Shown piece after piece: positions 26,860 to 41,060 of a stretch of DNA of 64,000 nucleotides. Source of the stretch: Phoronis australis (taxonomy: Eukaryota > Animalia > Phoronida); NCBI GenBank assembly GCA_002633005.1, contig NMRA01000229.1, forward strand, positions 267,598-331,597, in the 5' to 3' direction. A program made the translations under genes and the position numbers. Under the pieces are notes generated by a model. The model saw nothing but the letters and a program-made list of their open reading frames with translations, did no database searches and was not told the origin of the DNA. How positions within the stretch are numbered: position 1 is the stretch's first letter; each line of letters begins with the position of its first letter.

Positions 26860-27665
26860 CTATAGGAACTCCTCTCGAATGTTGTCGTCGGTATCTACTA
26901 ACCATGAGCAAGGTATGAGTTCTTTTTTGTTGGACGTAACATACCTCGTCAGCAATAACAGAACAAATTTTGCATTTCCGTTTCTAAGACGTGTTTTCCA
27001 ATGATCTCGAAATTTCACTTTGAATTTTAAGCGGCGAATTATACGTGGCGACGCCACGGTGGCGTTCTTCATTTTCGCATGTTGTAATTGCGTTATCATA
27101 GGTACATTTTTCTGGATAGCCGTTATCTTCTGCCAATCTTTCATTCTCCTCTCAATCTAATGTCCTGGCGGCTGCAATGAAAAATTGCTTCAGCTTTCGC
27201 CTTGGGATTGTGCTTATTTTCCTTTATCAGCGCTTTCATCTTTTTGTCTCAGACTACGTCAGTACCCTTTTGTGGATTTTTCAGTGGCGTTGGACACCTG
27301 TTCGATCAAGTCTGTTGCTCGTATGAAGACTGCGAGGTCGTGCGCTTTTGGCCAACTGATTTGTTGTCAACATGAGTAGCCTTTTTTTCGTTGACTACAG
27401 ATTTGTTGATGGACACTTGTGTCAGAATACTGTTAACAAGCAGCCAGGCTTACAGTATGTTGGGTTTTTTGCGGGAAAGCGCGCCTGAACGTCTTGGCTT
27501 GAGCAACGTGGATTGTACATGTAAGTCGTATACTGAATGGAAACGCATTTTTTATAGTTGTTCAACTACGTGTACACACTTAACCTAGCGGATAGGTTGG
27601 GACTGGACCTTTTTCCGCGGAGGCGTTCGATCAAACCCCCTGAATTACCCCTGAGTAAGGACCAG
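26860..27665 (-). mobile_element. Decayed hAT transposase fragment (THAP12/ZMYM1-like) with probable terminus
   Basis: Minus-strand frameshifted motifs ENKH...AEAIFHCSRQDIRLRG, AKMKNATVASPRI, SVIADEV, SNKKEL...VDTDDNIREEFL. G-rich TIR-like end near 27620-27665. Confidence 0.75.
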
Positions 27666-29718
27666 TAGCATGCGTAAGTTTGAATCCGATCAGAAATTTC
27701 TCAAATGATGTTCTCGCCAAGTTAGCAAATCTGCCAGTGGACATTTTTCTGGGACCCCGCTATTGTTATATTCGGCAGCTTTTGCAACCGGGCGTAACAT
27801 TTAATGTGGAACAGCGCTTAGGCCACTGATATGCCATCGAATGAGAGCCGATTACCTTTCTTATATAATAAATATCATGGCAGCGAAAAAGGATTTCGTC
27901 CAATTTACTGGCGTCTGTATGGTTCCAAATGATTCGTCCACTTCTGCCAAGCCTCTATCGTGTTCGTACGAAGGTTCTAAGAGTATCTTCCTCTCTGTGT
28001 AAACTGCTGAGCAGCTCGTGGATATAGAATTACACTTGTGTAACCAGGTGACTCTTAAAGAGACAGGAACGTGAAAACTCGTCAGAATATCTTTTAAACA
28101 ATTCCTGACAAAGTACCACCTCGCAACGTCTAGTACAGAGCATTTCACTTTCCCCTGTGAGGAAATTTCCAGAAAAAATCACAAAATTCACGTTTGAAAT
28201 ATGTACGACGGTAAATCAGTGGTCACCACAGTTTCTAATAAATACCCCTTCCACATTTGATAAATGCGCCCATGCACTCACAGTTGGCTTGAAGTCGCTT
28301 GAGGTCAAAGGTCACATTTTCCATGGGAAATGTGGTACTTCTATGTTTTGCCATAACAAATAAGGAAAGGTGCTTTGCAGTGTGGGATAAAAATCGACCA
28401 AGTGGTGAGCAGTTGACAGAACTTTTTTTTTGTTGAAATTTTAAAATACACGAAAATGCCTTGATATCAACAGAAAATAAAAATCTTCAAGAACAAACCA
28501 TAAAATAACTGGTGAGGGAGTTGAATTCAGTTTCAGTGGCAGAGCCCGGAGTCACTTTCAATATTGCAATTTAGTCTGTTTATCGTTCTAGGCCTCTTTA
28601 AAGATCTCAGCAACACATTTAGAGCCTATTGCAAAAGTAAATATACCAATCACTCTGATGTCTTCGTTAGGAAACACCTATAGCACCATACCACTTTCAG
28701 AAAAGTGTTGTTTTAAGAAGTTACAGGATTACATAACAGACTTCATGCGAGCACCCAACCTAAAATATAAAGGGACTCTGATTTTTCGACTTCTCGTTGA
28801 ATTTCTTTTCCTTTTTTCTCGTTTTCTCGGATTTTTGTTTCACCAAGGGAACCCTTTAAGCCCAATTCGTTCGAGCTGCTGAGCTCCCCATGGGTGCGCC
28901 CATGGACTTGAAAGTGAAGAAAACAAACATAAAATAACAGGTGGTATGAAAACATTGTATTATTTCATTTACACAATTTATATACAGCAGTATTTATTTA
29001 CAGGGATTTAACAAACAATGGTCAATGTAAAGTTGTATATTCAAGAGACTGGAATGTGTTAACTTTTTGACCAGTAAATAGAACAGCATTTCCAGGCTGG
29101 TATATTTACTGTTAAAAAGAGGTATTTGTACAAGGACAGTATCTACACGAATATTTCCATATTTCAACCCCTTTCTCCTTGAATGTATTAATTTATTTCA
29201 CCTCGTTAATATAGGCCGTTATGGTTGTGTTGTTAACACATAACGGGGTACATATCATGATATGTGCTCACAACCGATCCCAGCATAAAAGGTCAAAGTT
29301 ATCTACAAAAACAGCTTTGGTAAAACTACATATACACTAAGCTCCCAGCACAGTTACAAAAATATTGGGCATGTCCTAAAACCTGATAGGGACCCAGTTC
29401 CATAGTGGATTAAGGTTTCTAGTGGCCCTATATCGGATTCACCACTGGTCTCCACAACTGCAGAGTGACTGTTGGACCAGTGCTTACAAAGCAAGGACCC
29501 TGCTTGGTACAGGGCCCTAACAAGCATATCGCAAATAACAAGGCAAATAACATGAGGCAATAATTCAATACAACACTGTGAAACAGTAAAGTGAGATATA
29601 ACTTTTATCCAGCATAAAACTTTTACGCAAACGAAATTTAATTTTTGAACACCTAAGTGACACCTTTTTTTCCAAAAACTGAAGACATAGTGTTCCTGCA
29701 TAATGATTTATCATTATT

Positions 29719-29797
29719 CACTATTTAAAAAAATGTTGAGTTTCCACTATTTAAAAAAATGTTGAGTTTCCACTATTTAAAAAAATGTTGAGTTTCC
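29719..29797. repeat. Tandem repeat, 3 x 26 bp, in probable 3' UTR of gene B
   Basis: CACTATTTAAAAAAATGTTGAGTTTC repeated three times. Confidence 0.9.
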
Positions 29798-30407
29798 AAA
29801 GTAACGGGACATTAATTAAGGAAAAATGACACAGAGTGTCTCCTACTAGACTGAACTGGAATGTCCGAGGTTTTATGCACCAGATGGCACTGAATGCCAA
29901 TCCACAGAGACCTGCATGTACCATTGTATCATATAAACCAATTTTGAGTGAGAATGTTGAAATGCCAGCTGCAGTTCCTTCTTATTCCAAAATGCAATAG
30001 TTAAAAATCAGCTAACAACACAGGGGTACTTTCCTGGCTGTTTCACAGCTTTCATGACCATGACTTTCATGACTTTAACAAGCACAACCCCAGCAAAGAA
30101 AATTTTCAGTATCTTTCACAGTAATATCGAAGAGAAATGATCCAGTGGCTATTAATCATAAATATTCTATCAAACAGACCCAGTTGTGTGAAGAACATGT
30201 AATCAAACCTCCATCCTGTGTTTATGGTATCCAATCCTTTCCCTTTCTAACCAAAATCTTTCAGCTTCCATAAAAGAATTTCATCTCCAATCGCCGCAAG
30301 TGTGCAACCTTTGGAATGGAGGTGTGACCAGAATATTTACAAGATCAGACACTGAAATGTTCCTCTTCCCAGTTTCATGCTATGTTTATAAAAGTCGGCT
30401 TATCTAC

Positions 30408-30491
30408 TCAGTGCATTGTCCTCGCTATTAGCACGACAGTTACTGCTGTGATGACCATCTGAATACTTGCGTGCAGAGAACTTGAGCCAAG
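30408..30491 (-). CDS. Boudin-like Ly6 gene B, exon 4 (GPI-anchor signal, stop)
   Basis: TTTCAG acceptor. LGSSSLHASIQMVITAVTVVLIARTMH*. Spliced CDS is 465 nt = 154 aa. Confidence 0.83.
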   Translation of the reverse strand, partial: LGSSSLHASIQMVITAVTVVLIARTMH

Positions 30492-30971
30492 CTGAAACAA
30501 AAATCAGAGTCGACGTGTTTTTTACCTGAATTTTTAATCGCTTGCAAGCTAGTACATTGAATTCCTTAGTTCAAATTAGAGCTGCATATATTAACAAACA
30601 AACATAGGATGAACAGAAAAGAGAAGCAGTTACAGTCATAAGCACAACATGAAATAATGTTGTGATCATGCACTGCGCATTCACAAATTACATTTTGGGA
30701 GTTGTTTGCCAAAACACATCAAGGTTCGTGTGAATTAAAGTGTGAGAAAAGTTTTCACTGTGATTAGAAGCAGAAGCGCAAATAGTAAAGCATTATTCAA
30801 TTAAAAAGAAAAAAAGAAGTTCAAAACAAGCTCTCATTTTTTTGAATTTGCTAGTAAAACGTTACTGCCACTGAGAGGAATTTTTTAAAAAATTTAAAAT
30901 GCCGCTACTCGACGCCAAATTCGTGGCATCGAGGGCCCTGTGTTGTTGTATTATTTCCTCCCAGCTCTTAC

Positions 30972-31153
30972 CTTTACATTATAGTTACACAGGTTGCTTT
31001 GGCAACATTCTACACAAGCCCAGTCCTGATACCAGTTGCGAACGCAGTGAGTTTTCAAACTATCCTGCAACCGTTTGCAGCCTTCAAACGTGTCACAGCC
31101 TTTACTGATGCTGTACTGGCGACCCCATGTTTGCATGTTGTAAGATGGGTTGG
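30972..31153 (-). CDS. Boudin-like Ly6 gene B, exon 3
   Basis: TTTTAG acceptor, GTAAGA donor. NPSYNMQTWGRQYSISKGCDTFEGCKRLQDSLKTHCVRNWYQDWACVECCQSNLCNYNVK. Confidence 0.9.
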
Positions 31154-32531
31154 CTAAAACAAATAAGGAATAGATTTTGAACAGGTTTGTCCAATTGGAA
31201 CGCAATAAGGGGAGAGGGGTAACAGAGAAAGTGAGCACTGTCAAATTTCGCTACAATAGAGTATCACAGAAAAGGCTAGGGTAAAATATCCGTTGAGGAC
31301 ACACTCGATAGTATGGTGGACAAGTGTATCATATTTTCCATAAAAGATGCGTGACACTGAAATAACGGTACTGTAACACTTTTCTGTATTCAAGATCTGA
31401 ACCATAGCTACCACCTGGAAATATTTAGAAAAAGTATCTTGCACGCACAGGCACACACAAATGTGCACTGGTTAGTGACAGGGCCAATAACGTCAATGCA
31501 CACAACTCTTTTAATTTCCTGAAAATGACCTCTGTGTTCAAACTTTGCCCATAGTTAATGGGCCTAGTGACAACATTAACTATACTAATAGCAACAAAAA
31601 CACAACAATACATTACTAAGTGAGTGTCAACAGGTACGACGAACGTCCGCTCCTTATTTTACTTTTTCTAGTTGTATTCATGAGCGTGTACTAGTTTATC
31701 TCAAGCCATTAAGTAACATGTCACAAATCGCAAAAATCGTGGCAGTGTAGTGCATTTTTGTGACGCCTTTTTGGCCATCACTTTTAAACAGTTCATCGCC
31801 ATTTGGCTAAATCAAGCGACGTGGATTTTTCAAAGAATTAAGTCCAAGATATAGCCTAACTGGTTCTGATCTGCACCCAACGTATTTTGAAACCTGACCC
31901 TCAAAGCTCACAAAAAAGGATTTTCATCACGTTTCAGCGGGTATCACCTGACCAGACCTCGAGGGTGAAACAAAAAGGACAATCTAGAGTCCAAATCACC
32001 TGAAATCAGGCAAGTCTTTCTCTTTTTAAAATATGGACAATGAAAAATGCATTGCATATACATTGTTGGGGGAAGGGGGTGGGTAGCAGTGCTGTCAAGG
32101 AGGATATGAACCCATCATATGGTGTGTATGAAAACTAATATTCTTGTTACTAATACTGAAAGACTGAGTTTGCACCCTTGGCAAACAGAGCAGGCATTAC
32201 AAAGCCAAAAATAATGCATTAGGCAACATTAAACATTAAGTTTCTTTTTGTGCTATACTCAAAGCAATTTGGAATCATATTGTATGAATATACATCGTCT
32301 CCTCAAAAACTTTTTTCAATAACATGTCATTGTGGCTTGCTTCATGACACGTTTGAATTGCGAGCCACCTGTTTGAAGGATCAGCAACTGGAAAAGTATC
32401 ACTCATTTACCTCCAAAGGCCAGAAAAACTACAAGTAGATACTAAGAAGTATTATATTACTCTCCTTCCTCTACCTGAGAGGGACAAGAGGAGAGCCTGA
32501 AGCATTAAAACCATTTCAAGGGGAGGCTTAC

Positions 32532-32678
32532 CTTTCCACTGAGTGTAAGATACACAGGTGTCATGTGTGACCCCACACGTGTATTTGGTGAGTTTACACT
32601 GGTCTATGGCGTCACGCTCAGGACGTTCATATTGGCATCTGTAGCACTCCAATTGGTCTTGTGATGACTGACCAGAAA
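32532..32678 (-). CDS. Boudin-like Ly6 gene B, exon 2
   Basis: TTCCAG acceptor, GTAAGC donor. SGQSSQDQLECYRCQYERPERDAIDQCKLTKYTCGVTHDTCVSYTQWK. Same intron position and phase as gene A. Confidence 0.9.
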
Positions 32679-35600
32679 CTGGAAGAAATTGGAACATTCC
32701 AGAATTTTTGAACTTGTAAGCAGTTATTATGCTAAGCACCAATGTATGTGCACAAACATATACATGTATACGGTAAAATCTCATCAATTTGAGACAAAAA
32801 TAATGGTCAAAATTGTCCTTTTCCCACTTTAAAACATTTCTCACAGTAATTGTAATTGTTCGCATTTTTTCAAAATTATGTCTGGCAAAGAACTTGCACA
32901 TCAAAAAGAATTAATATGGTGATCAGTACAAATCTTTTATGGAAAAAAAATGAGAAAATTAAATTTCACTTGTCTGCAATCCTGTACGTTTGGTGAGGTT
33001 TAACCATAGATGTTCCTAAACTATAATGTTAATGTGTATTCAAGTTATGTACAAAAAATTAAAGCCGCAACAAACTCGTGTTCTGTCCAAGAACCGAACG
33101 TTTAATTCAGAATACCTACAATAGCCCTTTTTCAGGCAGTCACCATTTTAGTAGTGAGCCTCTAGTTACTAGTAAAAAACAACTTATTTCAGACAAATAT
33201 TTAACGAGGCATGCGAAAAGATCACGCTTTGCGCTGTGATTACGCGCAGAATGCATTGCTTTCAAAACCTAAAAAAGACTCGCTCTTAAAATGGCGAATG
33301 CATGAATAGGGCCGTCCCAGATTACACAAACACTCAAATCTCGCTACCCACAAAGCAGTAAACAATCATCAAGCACATTTGCTGACTCATTTTCCTGCCA
33401 CTGGAGTTTCACGTTATTTTTGTTGCATGATTCTTTACAAGTTTTTCTCGCTTGCACTACTCTATTCATCCTTCCAATGCCAGCGAAGTAATACTGCTGT
33501 GCTGTGGGCTGTGACTGCGATGTGAAAAAGTTTGATAAACTCAACAACTATCTGTGGATATGTGACCTGAAATTTTTCGACTTCCTGACATCAATGAGAC
33601 ACGAAAATGCGCCTGATTTTCAAAACTAGGTCACACCCTTTCTTATCTCCTGGACAAAGGAGAGTTCTATCACTGTGTAACTCGGGACGACCCTATTGGT
33701 GGTGACCTTTCTCAGATGAGAGTGAGCTCTGGGATTGCCAAGAACTCAGTTTGTTAGTCCTAAACTACAGTGCTTGGTGCATAAAATGATACGCAGTGAC
33801 AAGTCAGTTGTAGAGACTTGTCTCAAGCAACAGCCAATTGTCAAAACCTTGAAATCACCTCCAATTTGAATTAGAAGGAACAATTTGGAACAAATTTCAT
33901 TTAACATAAGCATGCTAAATTAAAAGGCTGTTTATTGGTGATGAAAACCAGCTGGACAAAATGTTGCAAAAGCAAGCAGTTTCAATGTTTTGTGGGAAAA
34001 TTATCAACAAGTCTATGCATTCAGTTAAATATCTAAAAATATGTACAGTAATTATCCACTTATTTTGCACAAAAAATAATTCCCAAAAACTTCCTTTTTT
34101 CATAGGCTACTAGAAATAATGGAAAAATTTATCAAAATTTGTTTTTTTTCGCATCTACACAGTACAAGCCGTCCTTGCAATAGACTAAAACTCTCTTATA
34201 TTTGTGGAGAAATTAAACAAAATAGGACTTCACTTGCCGGCTATGTAGTGAGCCCAATAAAGAATTACTGTAAAAGTTAATTCAGTAATGATATCTTTCC
34301 TTTGAAAGCAGAACGCCTTGATGCAATTAACCAATCTGCCAGTGATGGGTTTTGGTGTTATTTGGGTCTTTTTAAATAAAAAAGAAAGGTACATTCATAA
34401 CATATCAGCAACATAACCAAATTTTGTTTGATATAAATGTTCAAGATGAAATTTTCAATAACATACAGTTTTCTGAACAAACACTTAGTTTTCTTTTTAT
34501 GCATTTTTCAAAAATCATTAATTTCCTCTTGCAGGAGAGGATCATTTTAAAATGGACTCTTAACTGCGTTTTGGAGAACCGTGTCTGAACCAAAGTCTCT
34601 GACAGATTCATTTGAATCCAACCACCCATTTCAGAGATAATGATGTCCCGAATATAACTGAATGTAGCCAAATTTGTAATTTTCTAGGGCTGGGCATTGC
34701 CTTAAGGACTGACATATGAAAGTGACAGTTAGCTGTGACTGAAGGCAAAGGCACTTGAGAAAAAAATTCATAATGTCAATGCGAAAACGCATTATTTTGG
34801 ATATATGCGCGTGGGGCCATTTATTTGGGGTAGCCTATGATGCACTTAGAAATTTGCAAGTGCAGACGTGGGGGAATGTGTTAACTCAATTTAAAAGTAT
34901 GTTTCGCATGGTTTTGAAAATACTCAAGAACTATGAATGATCAGTAGCAATGTTCTTTTTTCTGATCACAGGAGCCAATGAACATGTTTTTTTTTTCAGT
35001 TGGCATAATAACAGTAACATTCCTTCAAAGAAAATTGCATAGCTCAATCTTTGGTTAAAGTTTTGTTACCCTGGTTATCACATGCACCAAATGGAGGTAT
35101 GTCAGTTTTCAAATCCTACTCATCACTCAAAACATTCATTCAAACAAACCCAAACAACGAGAAGTCAACTATGGACCATGACAGGGAATTTGCAGTGCGC
35201 TTATGGTTTGCGAGGACTAACACAGATAAACTACAATTTGCCCATCATTTTCAGATAATAGTGACCAATTTTTGGGCAAGGCATAAAGTGCCTGTACCGT
35301 GGCCTAAACTTATTCTGTTATAAGGTGATACCTGAGTTCGAGTGCGATTATTACTGCTATGCTTACTCATCACACTGAAATTCCGTGACCTATTTTAGGG
35401 CTTCAACACATAACACATTATCAGAACAAGAAACACAAGAGACACATGTAGTCTAATCAGCGCCCATTGAACACACCAGTTCGGAATAACAAGCAATGTT
35501 TAACAATAGCTGGAGTGTTTGTCAGTTCTCAGCGGCTTTCTATCTAAAGTTAACACCAATAATTAGGTCAACCCTAACATGGCGCCGATCACAACCGTTA

Positions 35601-35719
35601 ATTATGTTACCTTTCGCGACGATTTACCAGGTGGCGGTAACCTTACCAATTTTACCGGCCGTGCTAATGAAGAATATTACTTAAGGAGCAGTAATACTGT
35701 GTGAAACAAAGACGCTTAC

Positions 35720-35771
35720 CAACGGAGATTAAACACACGAGGCACCAGATTTCAAAACTACCCATCTCCAT
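35720..35771 (-). CDS. Boudin-like Ly6 gene B, coding exon 1 of 4 (signal peptide)
   Basis: MEMGSFEIWCLVCLISV, then phase-1 donor G|GTAAGC. Splices to ...VSG|QSSQDQLECY. Confidence 0.8.
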
Positions 35772-38700
35772 CGTCTGCGTTCGTAATCACACAGGTGTGA
35801 TGTATTGGAGCAGGTTGTAACAATTAATAATTTGAGACGTTGAACCCTTACACATACAGTAATCTGCGAGAAAAAAATGACAGATTCACGAAACTACGTG
35901 GGGAGCTTTTTTCTCAAAGCTCTTGCCACGATTAACATTAAAGTTGTGTTTTTGTTTTGCGTAATTGCCTTGCGTTGTTTTGGGTCAACAGTTCCATTTG
36001 GTAGAGTCCATGTCACAAGCGGGGGACACAGCCAATGCTCACGGGTTGATCTCTATTATACGGGGTAAAGTCGGTGGCGGTGAATTTTACCGTCGCGAAA
36101 GCAAATTAATGGTATGGGCCCTTGCCGACAATTCTGAGCATTTAAGGAAATACGTCTGTCAAAGTCGGTTTTGGGGATATATGTTTTTAGAAACCTATAC
36201 AGGAATTCGATGCTTGATTATTTATACACTTATTGGCAATGAGAAAAACATTAAAATACCACAAAAAGATAAAGAACACCACAGACACGCACACACACAC
36301 AAGCATACCACACAACTAATCCTTTTGACTGCTGATAAAAACCGTTTCAAAGTTACACCATCTGAGTATGTCATTAATCAAGTCATGTAACCGTGCACGT
36401 CTTTGGGGCATAAACCGGAGCAAAATGCAAGGTAGGCCATCATTGACAGCAAAACACTAGTGCCAATAACATTTGTTTGATATGAATGTTCAAGACTGAT
36501 AACATCTCAAAAACACTGCAATTTTCAAAATCAAATTATCATTTCGTTTTTTTGCGCAGCTGTTGATTTTTGCAAAGGCAAACGAAGTGTAATTTTTGCC
36601 CCTCGTGCAAAACTGGAACATTCCAGAGACAATATTCCAACAACAGCCTGCAGAACAGTGCAGTAGCAAAGTTACTACCTAATGAAATGAACTAGAGCTC
36701 CGATCACTCCGAACCATTTCTTTGATATGGTGTCGAAGCTGAGATAGTCAAGTTCGGACATTTTCTCGGTTCAAGAGATAGACTAGTATTAACGCTAACT
36801 CGTTTTGCTCACAGAAGCGAAAGAATAATGCAACACACGAGACCTCCTGAGCACTGAAAAATCACTGATGACCGGCTTAGTTTTCGAGCTGAGTGGGCTT
36901 AGTAAAATCATTTTAATAAGCTCTGAGAGTACAAAAATCAACCAAGATAAGAAAAATTGTACACGCATTGGGAAAAGTGCTAGTCAGCATACTAGCACTA
37001 TGGCACTTGTTTTAGCAAATGAGTCAAAGCTACATCTCAAAAACGTACAATGTTTAAGACATGAGTTATATTTGCCACCAAGTTTGCTTCAAAAAGATAT
37101 CAGGTAATTGAAAGTAAATGCAATAAAAATCAGGTAATTAAAGGTAAATGGAACGCCACTGGAAAAAATTACCAAAGATAATATTGGTTGTTTTCTGATG
37201 TCTATAATGTCGTCATGTTTGTTGCAAAATTATGAAACCTTTGTACTGATGATTCGTTGACTGTTTCAGATCGGTGTCCGACTCCAGCCTCTGTGCCTGC
37301 TGCGGTCGTGACCTCAAATTATAGGCGTGGCATCTACATACCATTTTCCACTAGTGGGCAGACGTATAAGTGGATAGCATGCAAAATTTTCAATTGAGGA
37401 AGAATAGACTAATGGACAGTCACAATTTGATGCTGAGGTTAATTATACTTCATATGTGTATGACAACTAAGTGCCCTGCAATTGCACAACACAATATATC
37501 AAATGCACATCAGTTTCTGTGACGGATCGAAGCACAAGTCTTTTCACAATGGGCTGAGCACAGCGTCCCGTGAACAGATCGCTTGCGCCACCGTGCGCTG
37601 CCATACCCGTGTCAGACAAACGAATCATGATTTCCTCTGGGCGATCTCAGGTTATTTTTGAAAGACAAAAACTGAAATACTGTTTGTGCGATTGCTATAA
37701 CGGCATCCTCCGCAAAGAAAACTTTTCATAATACTCAATTGAACTCAGTTTTTGAGACCACTTAACGGCTCCCGGCTGGCATAGCCGACCAACGCAATGG
37801 CTGAAACCGGATCCACTGATGACGCCACACAAAGCTTTTAATTTTTAATTTTTGCGTTTATTTGTTGTTTAAAAGTACACAAATTAAAGAAGAATTACTT
37901 AAAATATCATACCAAACCGTTGGTACACGAGTGGGGCACCATTGAGGGCTGCGGGGCTAAATCCCACACTTACAAGTATTTCAGTAGGCCTACTGCGCCG
38001 CTCATGTGGCAACCGAATACAAGCATTTATGACCATCGTGGGAAGGGTTTAAAGGTTGGGTATATTACTGAAATACAAACGTTTTGGAATAACTATGATA
38101 AATTTAGGTAAGTTAGGAATTCAATATCGATAAGTCTGCATTCACAAGCCAATATCAACTCCAGAAAAACATATTTTTTCTCGAAACAGAAAGCCTACCG
38201 GTTTCGATTTTTCAGTTTATATACCAACACATGCCGTTGATGAGTAAAATTTGGCAATGAAGAACGGTGACCGTTCCGTGTACAATCATTGCGACCTAAC
38301 AGTGTCAATAATATGACCGAGTGTGATTTACATTTTTTTTTCGCGTCTACAGTACATAATTTCAGTTCGTAATGAATTGTGAAGTAACGTCTTTCAGAGG
38401 GTTTTCTTAGTGTGGAAATGATTTAAGAATCAAAAATAGTTCAGCCTTGACCACTGTGTTTTTTGAATTGTTTGGATTGTCACAGAGCCATGTGGCCTCA
38501 ATTCTGAAAGTGATCCTTATGCTTAAGCGTCCACTACACAATGATTGAAAAGAATACGAGGTGCTGCCAACATTTACCTCGAAAGCTGTATGTCCCTCTG
38601 TTCCGCAATCCGGCTGGAAATTTTAATTGCAAGTGGACGTCATTTTGTTGTAGAGATGTAAAATTGATTGGTATTAATTGTCCAACCACTAACGCTAGAG

Positions 38701-40940
38701 CATCGGAGTGCGTGTTCGATTTCACCTGCTCGAACTTTTGTATTATACAGTACGTGACCTGACTAGTCGATCTCGATCTGACCGAATCTTGCGAACTCCT
38801 GCTGCGCAAAACAAAACAGTCTGAAATCTTTTTCAATGGTTAGAATCGCTATAAACTTTTGTTGCGGTGTTAAATACAGCAATTTTTAGTTCTCCCAAAA
38901 TGACGTCATATTGTTTTTATGCCGTGTTCAAACTGAAAATGATTACGAATCACCTGGATGTCTCTCGACGGTCTTTCTGCATTTGCGATAATGGATAGCC
39001 AAAGCGAAAAAAATCAAAAACACATTTTCTATTCAAGAATTAAAAACTGCATGGTCTTGCAGCCGGAGTAAAAATGATGTTTTGGCCTGTTTTTAAATCT
39101 TCCGCAGGAAATATGTGTCCTGGATGTTTCCGCATTCCCTGCCAAGACAACCAACTTACGTACAGGTGTAGGCCCGCTCTAAAGCAAATCACGACCTATC
39201 ACTTCTTCTCAAGCATGGAAATCGTCAACGATTTCTGGGCTCGAGATTAAAATCTCTGAGTAGGTAACTAAGAGACAAGGCCTGAGTTTCTAACAATAAA
39301 TCGCCTAAACCAACCGATGGTTTTTGACGATCGGACTCAAGGATTTACCGAATCCTAGTAACGAAAACTGTGAGGGGGGAGAACTTGTATCTGTAGATGG
39401 AGAGCCTGTTACAGCAAATACTCTTGCACAATATAAGCTTTGGCGCCTGTGGTCTGCGAAGATGCGGCCATGTACGAATTTAAGCTTATATGCCTGCACG
39501 TACGTATATGCTAACAATACAGCTTGGCAAATTCTTTGTTGAAAAAACAAGAAGTTGTTATCATTTTGGATATTTGATCGTGTGCCTAAATGCCGCCTAA
39601 ATTGTTGAACGGTGTTTCTCTAGAAAATACGATTTCTCGTTTCTCAATTAAAATTTCCACACAACGCAGGGATTCCAATGAGCTTTTAAGAATTACTGTA
39701 ATGTTTGACTTTGAAATGTCGAAATTAAGCATTTCAAACAAATACGAAACGATTAGTGAGAAGGTAGTAGCTGTGCTTTTTTGCGTTATCGTCAATTAGT
39801 CGCAAGATATTTGGCCAAGATCACCATTGTCTTACGGTAAATGTGCCTTTTCAAAGTGCGCTAGTTGCTAATGCAAGAAAACTCACACTTGCACCGAATT
39901 CATATGCTGAAAGTGGCCGATGAGGTCACTGTGGAAACTAATGCGACACCATCGGCAGAAGGAACAAAGTAAGGGCTCGAAAAGTTAGACAGTACGTTTC
40001 CGCCTGGTGCGTACTTTAGAGTATTGTCTACTTTATAAACACCCTAAAACTAGTATGGCTGTTAATTTTACCATACTTTTCATCATGAGCTGGACTTCGT
40101 CAAAAGTCAACTAAATTTCGACGCACAAAACAGCGTGCGACTACACGTAAATATTCAGTTGTTTTCGACGATAGAACCCAACTTATCATTTCTACCTAAA
40201 TCTCCACAAAATCTCCAAATAAGTTGCTTGCAGGCGCACATTGTTAAAATCAGTCAATCGAACTCTAACTAAATTTTGAACAAAAACGCCATTTTATTAC
40301 GACATTCTGCTAGCCGCCAAATATTTCTGGCAAGAAATTCCCCCATTACATGTAGTTTGACGACGAGTGGCAGCCTTCTGTCGAAGTCAGTCTTGCTTAT
40401 TTCGAAATCCACTTCTACATATGTCAATATTTTTAAGCTGTGAATTACCGCTGTGTTCCATATCCGTGCACGGGTTTCATCGTTTTTCTTCAATATATTT
40501 TACAATGAACAAGGACTTTGAACGGCGACAGTTTCATCTTCTCGCCTGAAAATGTCTACACACGAAGTATTGTCTCCACAGATCATCAGAGACAATAATA
40601 AATACGTGTGAACAAAAGAGTCTAATTGATTTCGTGTATTCGAACAGCTGTTACTATTATCGCCGAGCACATTTCTTTGAACTGCTCAACCAGCATCTTC
40701 TGTTCATGGCTACAATAGGCTACTTGGAAATAATTTACTAATTAGTCTTTAATCTACTCATGCACGAGATTCGATTACGTGTTTTATTGTCGGCCGTTGG
40801 CTCGGTCTCGACTATCCTTACGACTAACTGCGCATGCTCGCAGGTGTTCGCTCAGTTTAATGACTACGATTAATTAAAACACCGGGTGTTAAACAACTGA
40901 CTGGACTCGCTTAGTTCCCGTAAGATTTGACCGAATGTAA

Positions 40941-41060
40941 TATAAAGGGTTGCGAACCAATTGGATAATTATTAGACACTGATGAAGATAGCAAGCCAAA
41001 TTATCTCCTCTACTTAATCGATAGTTGCCTTCACTGAGTTTCTTGCGGTGCAATTACCAG
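40941..41060 (+). promoter_or_regulatory. Putative TATA box and non-coding first exon of Ro
   Basis: TATAAA at 40941. Consensus donor CAG|GTAAGT at 41060/41061. The Ro coding exon is preceded by an acceptor (TTCTAG|GTGATG, 43672), so an upstream exon is expected. Confidence 0.45.

Noticed and set aside
29719-29797. CRISPR-like direct repeats
   Set aside because: No spacers; a simple tandem repeat in eukaryotic DNA.
39830-39910. Plus-strand Cys cluster GKCAFSKCASC*CKKTHTC resembling a CXC domain
   Set aside because: Short, interrupted by stops, and on the opposite strand to neighbouring protein-like ORFs.
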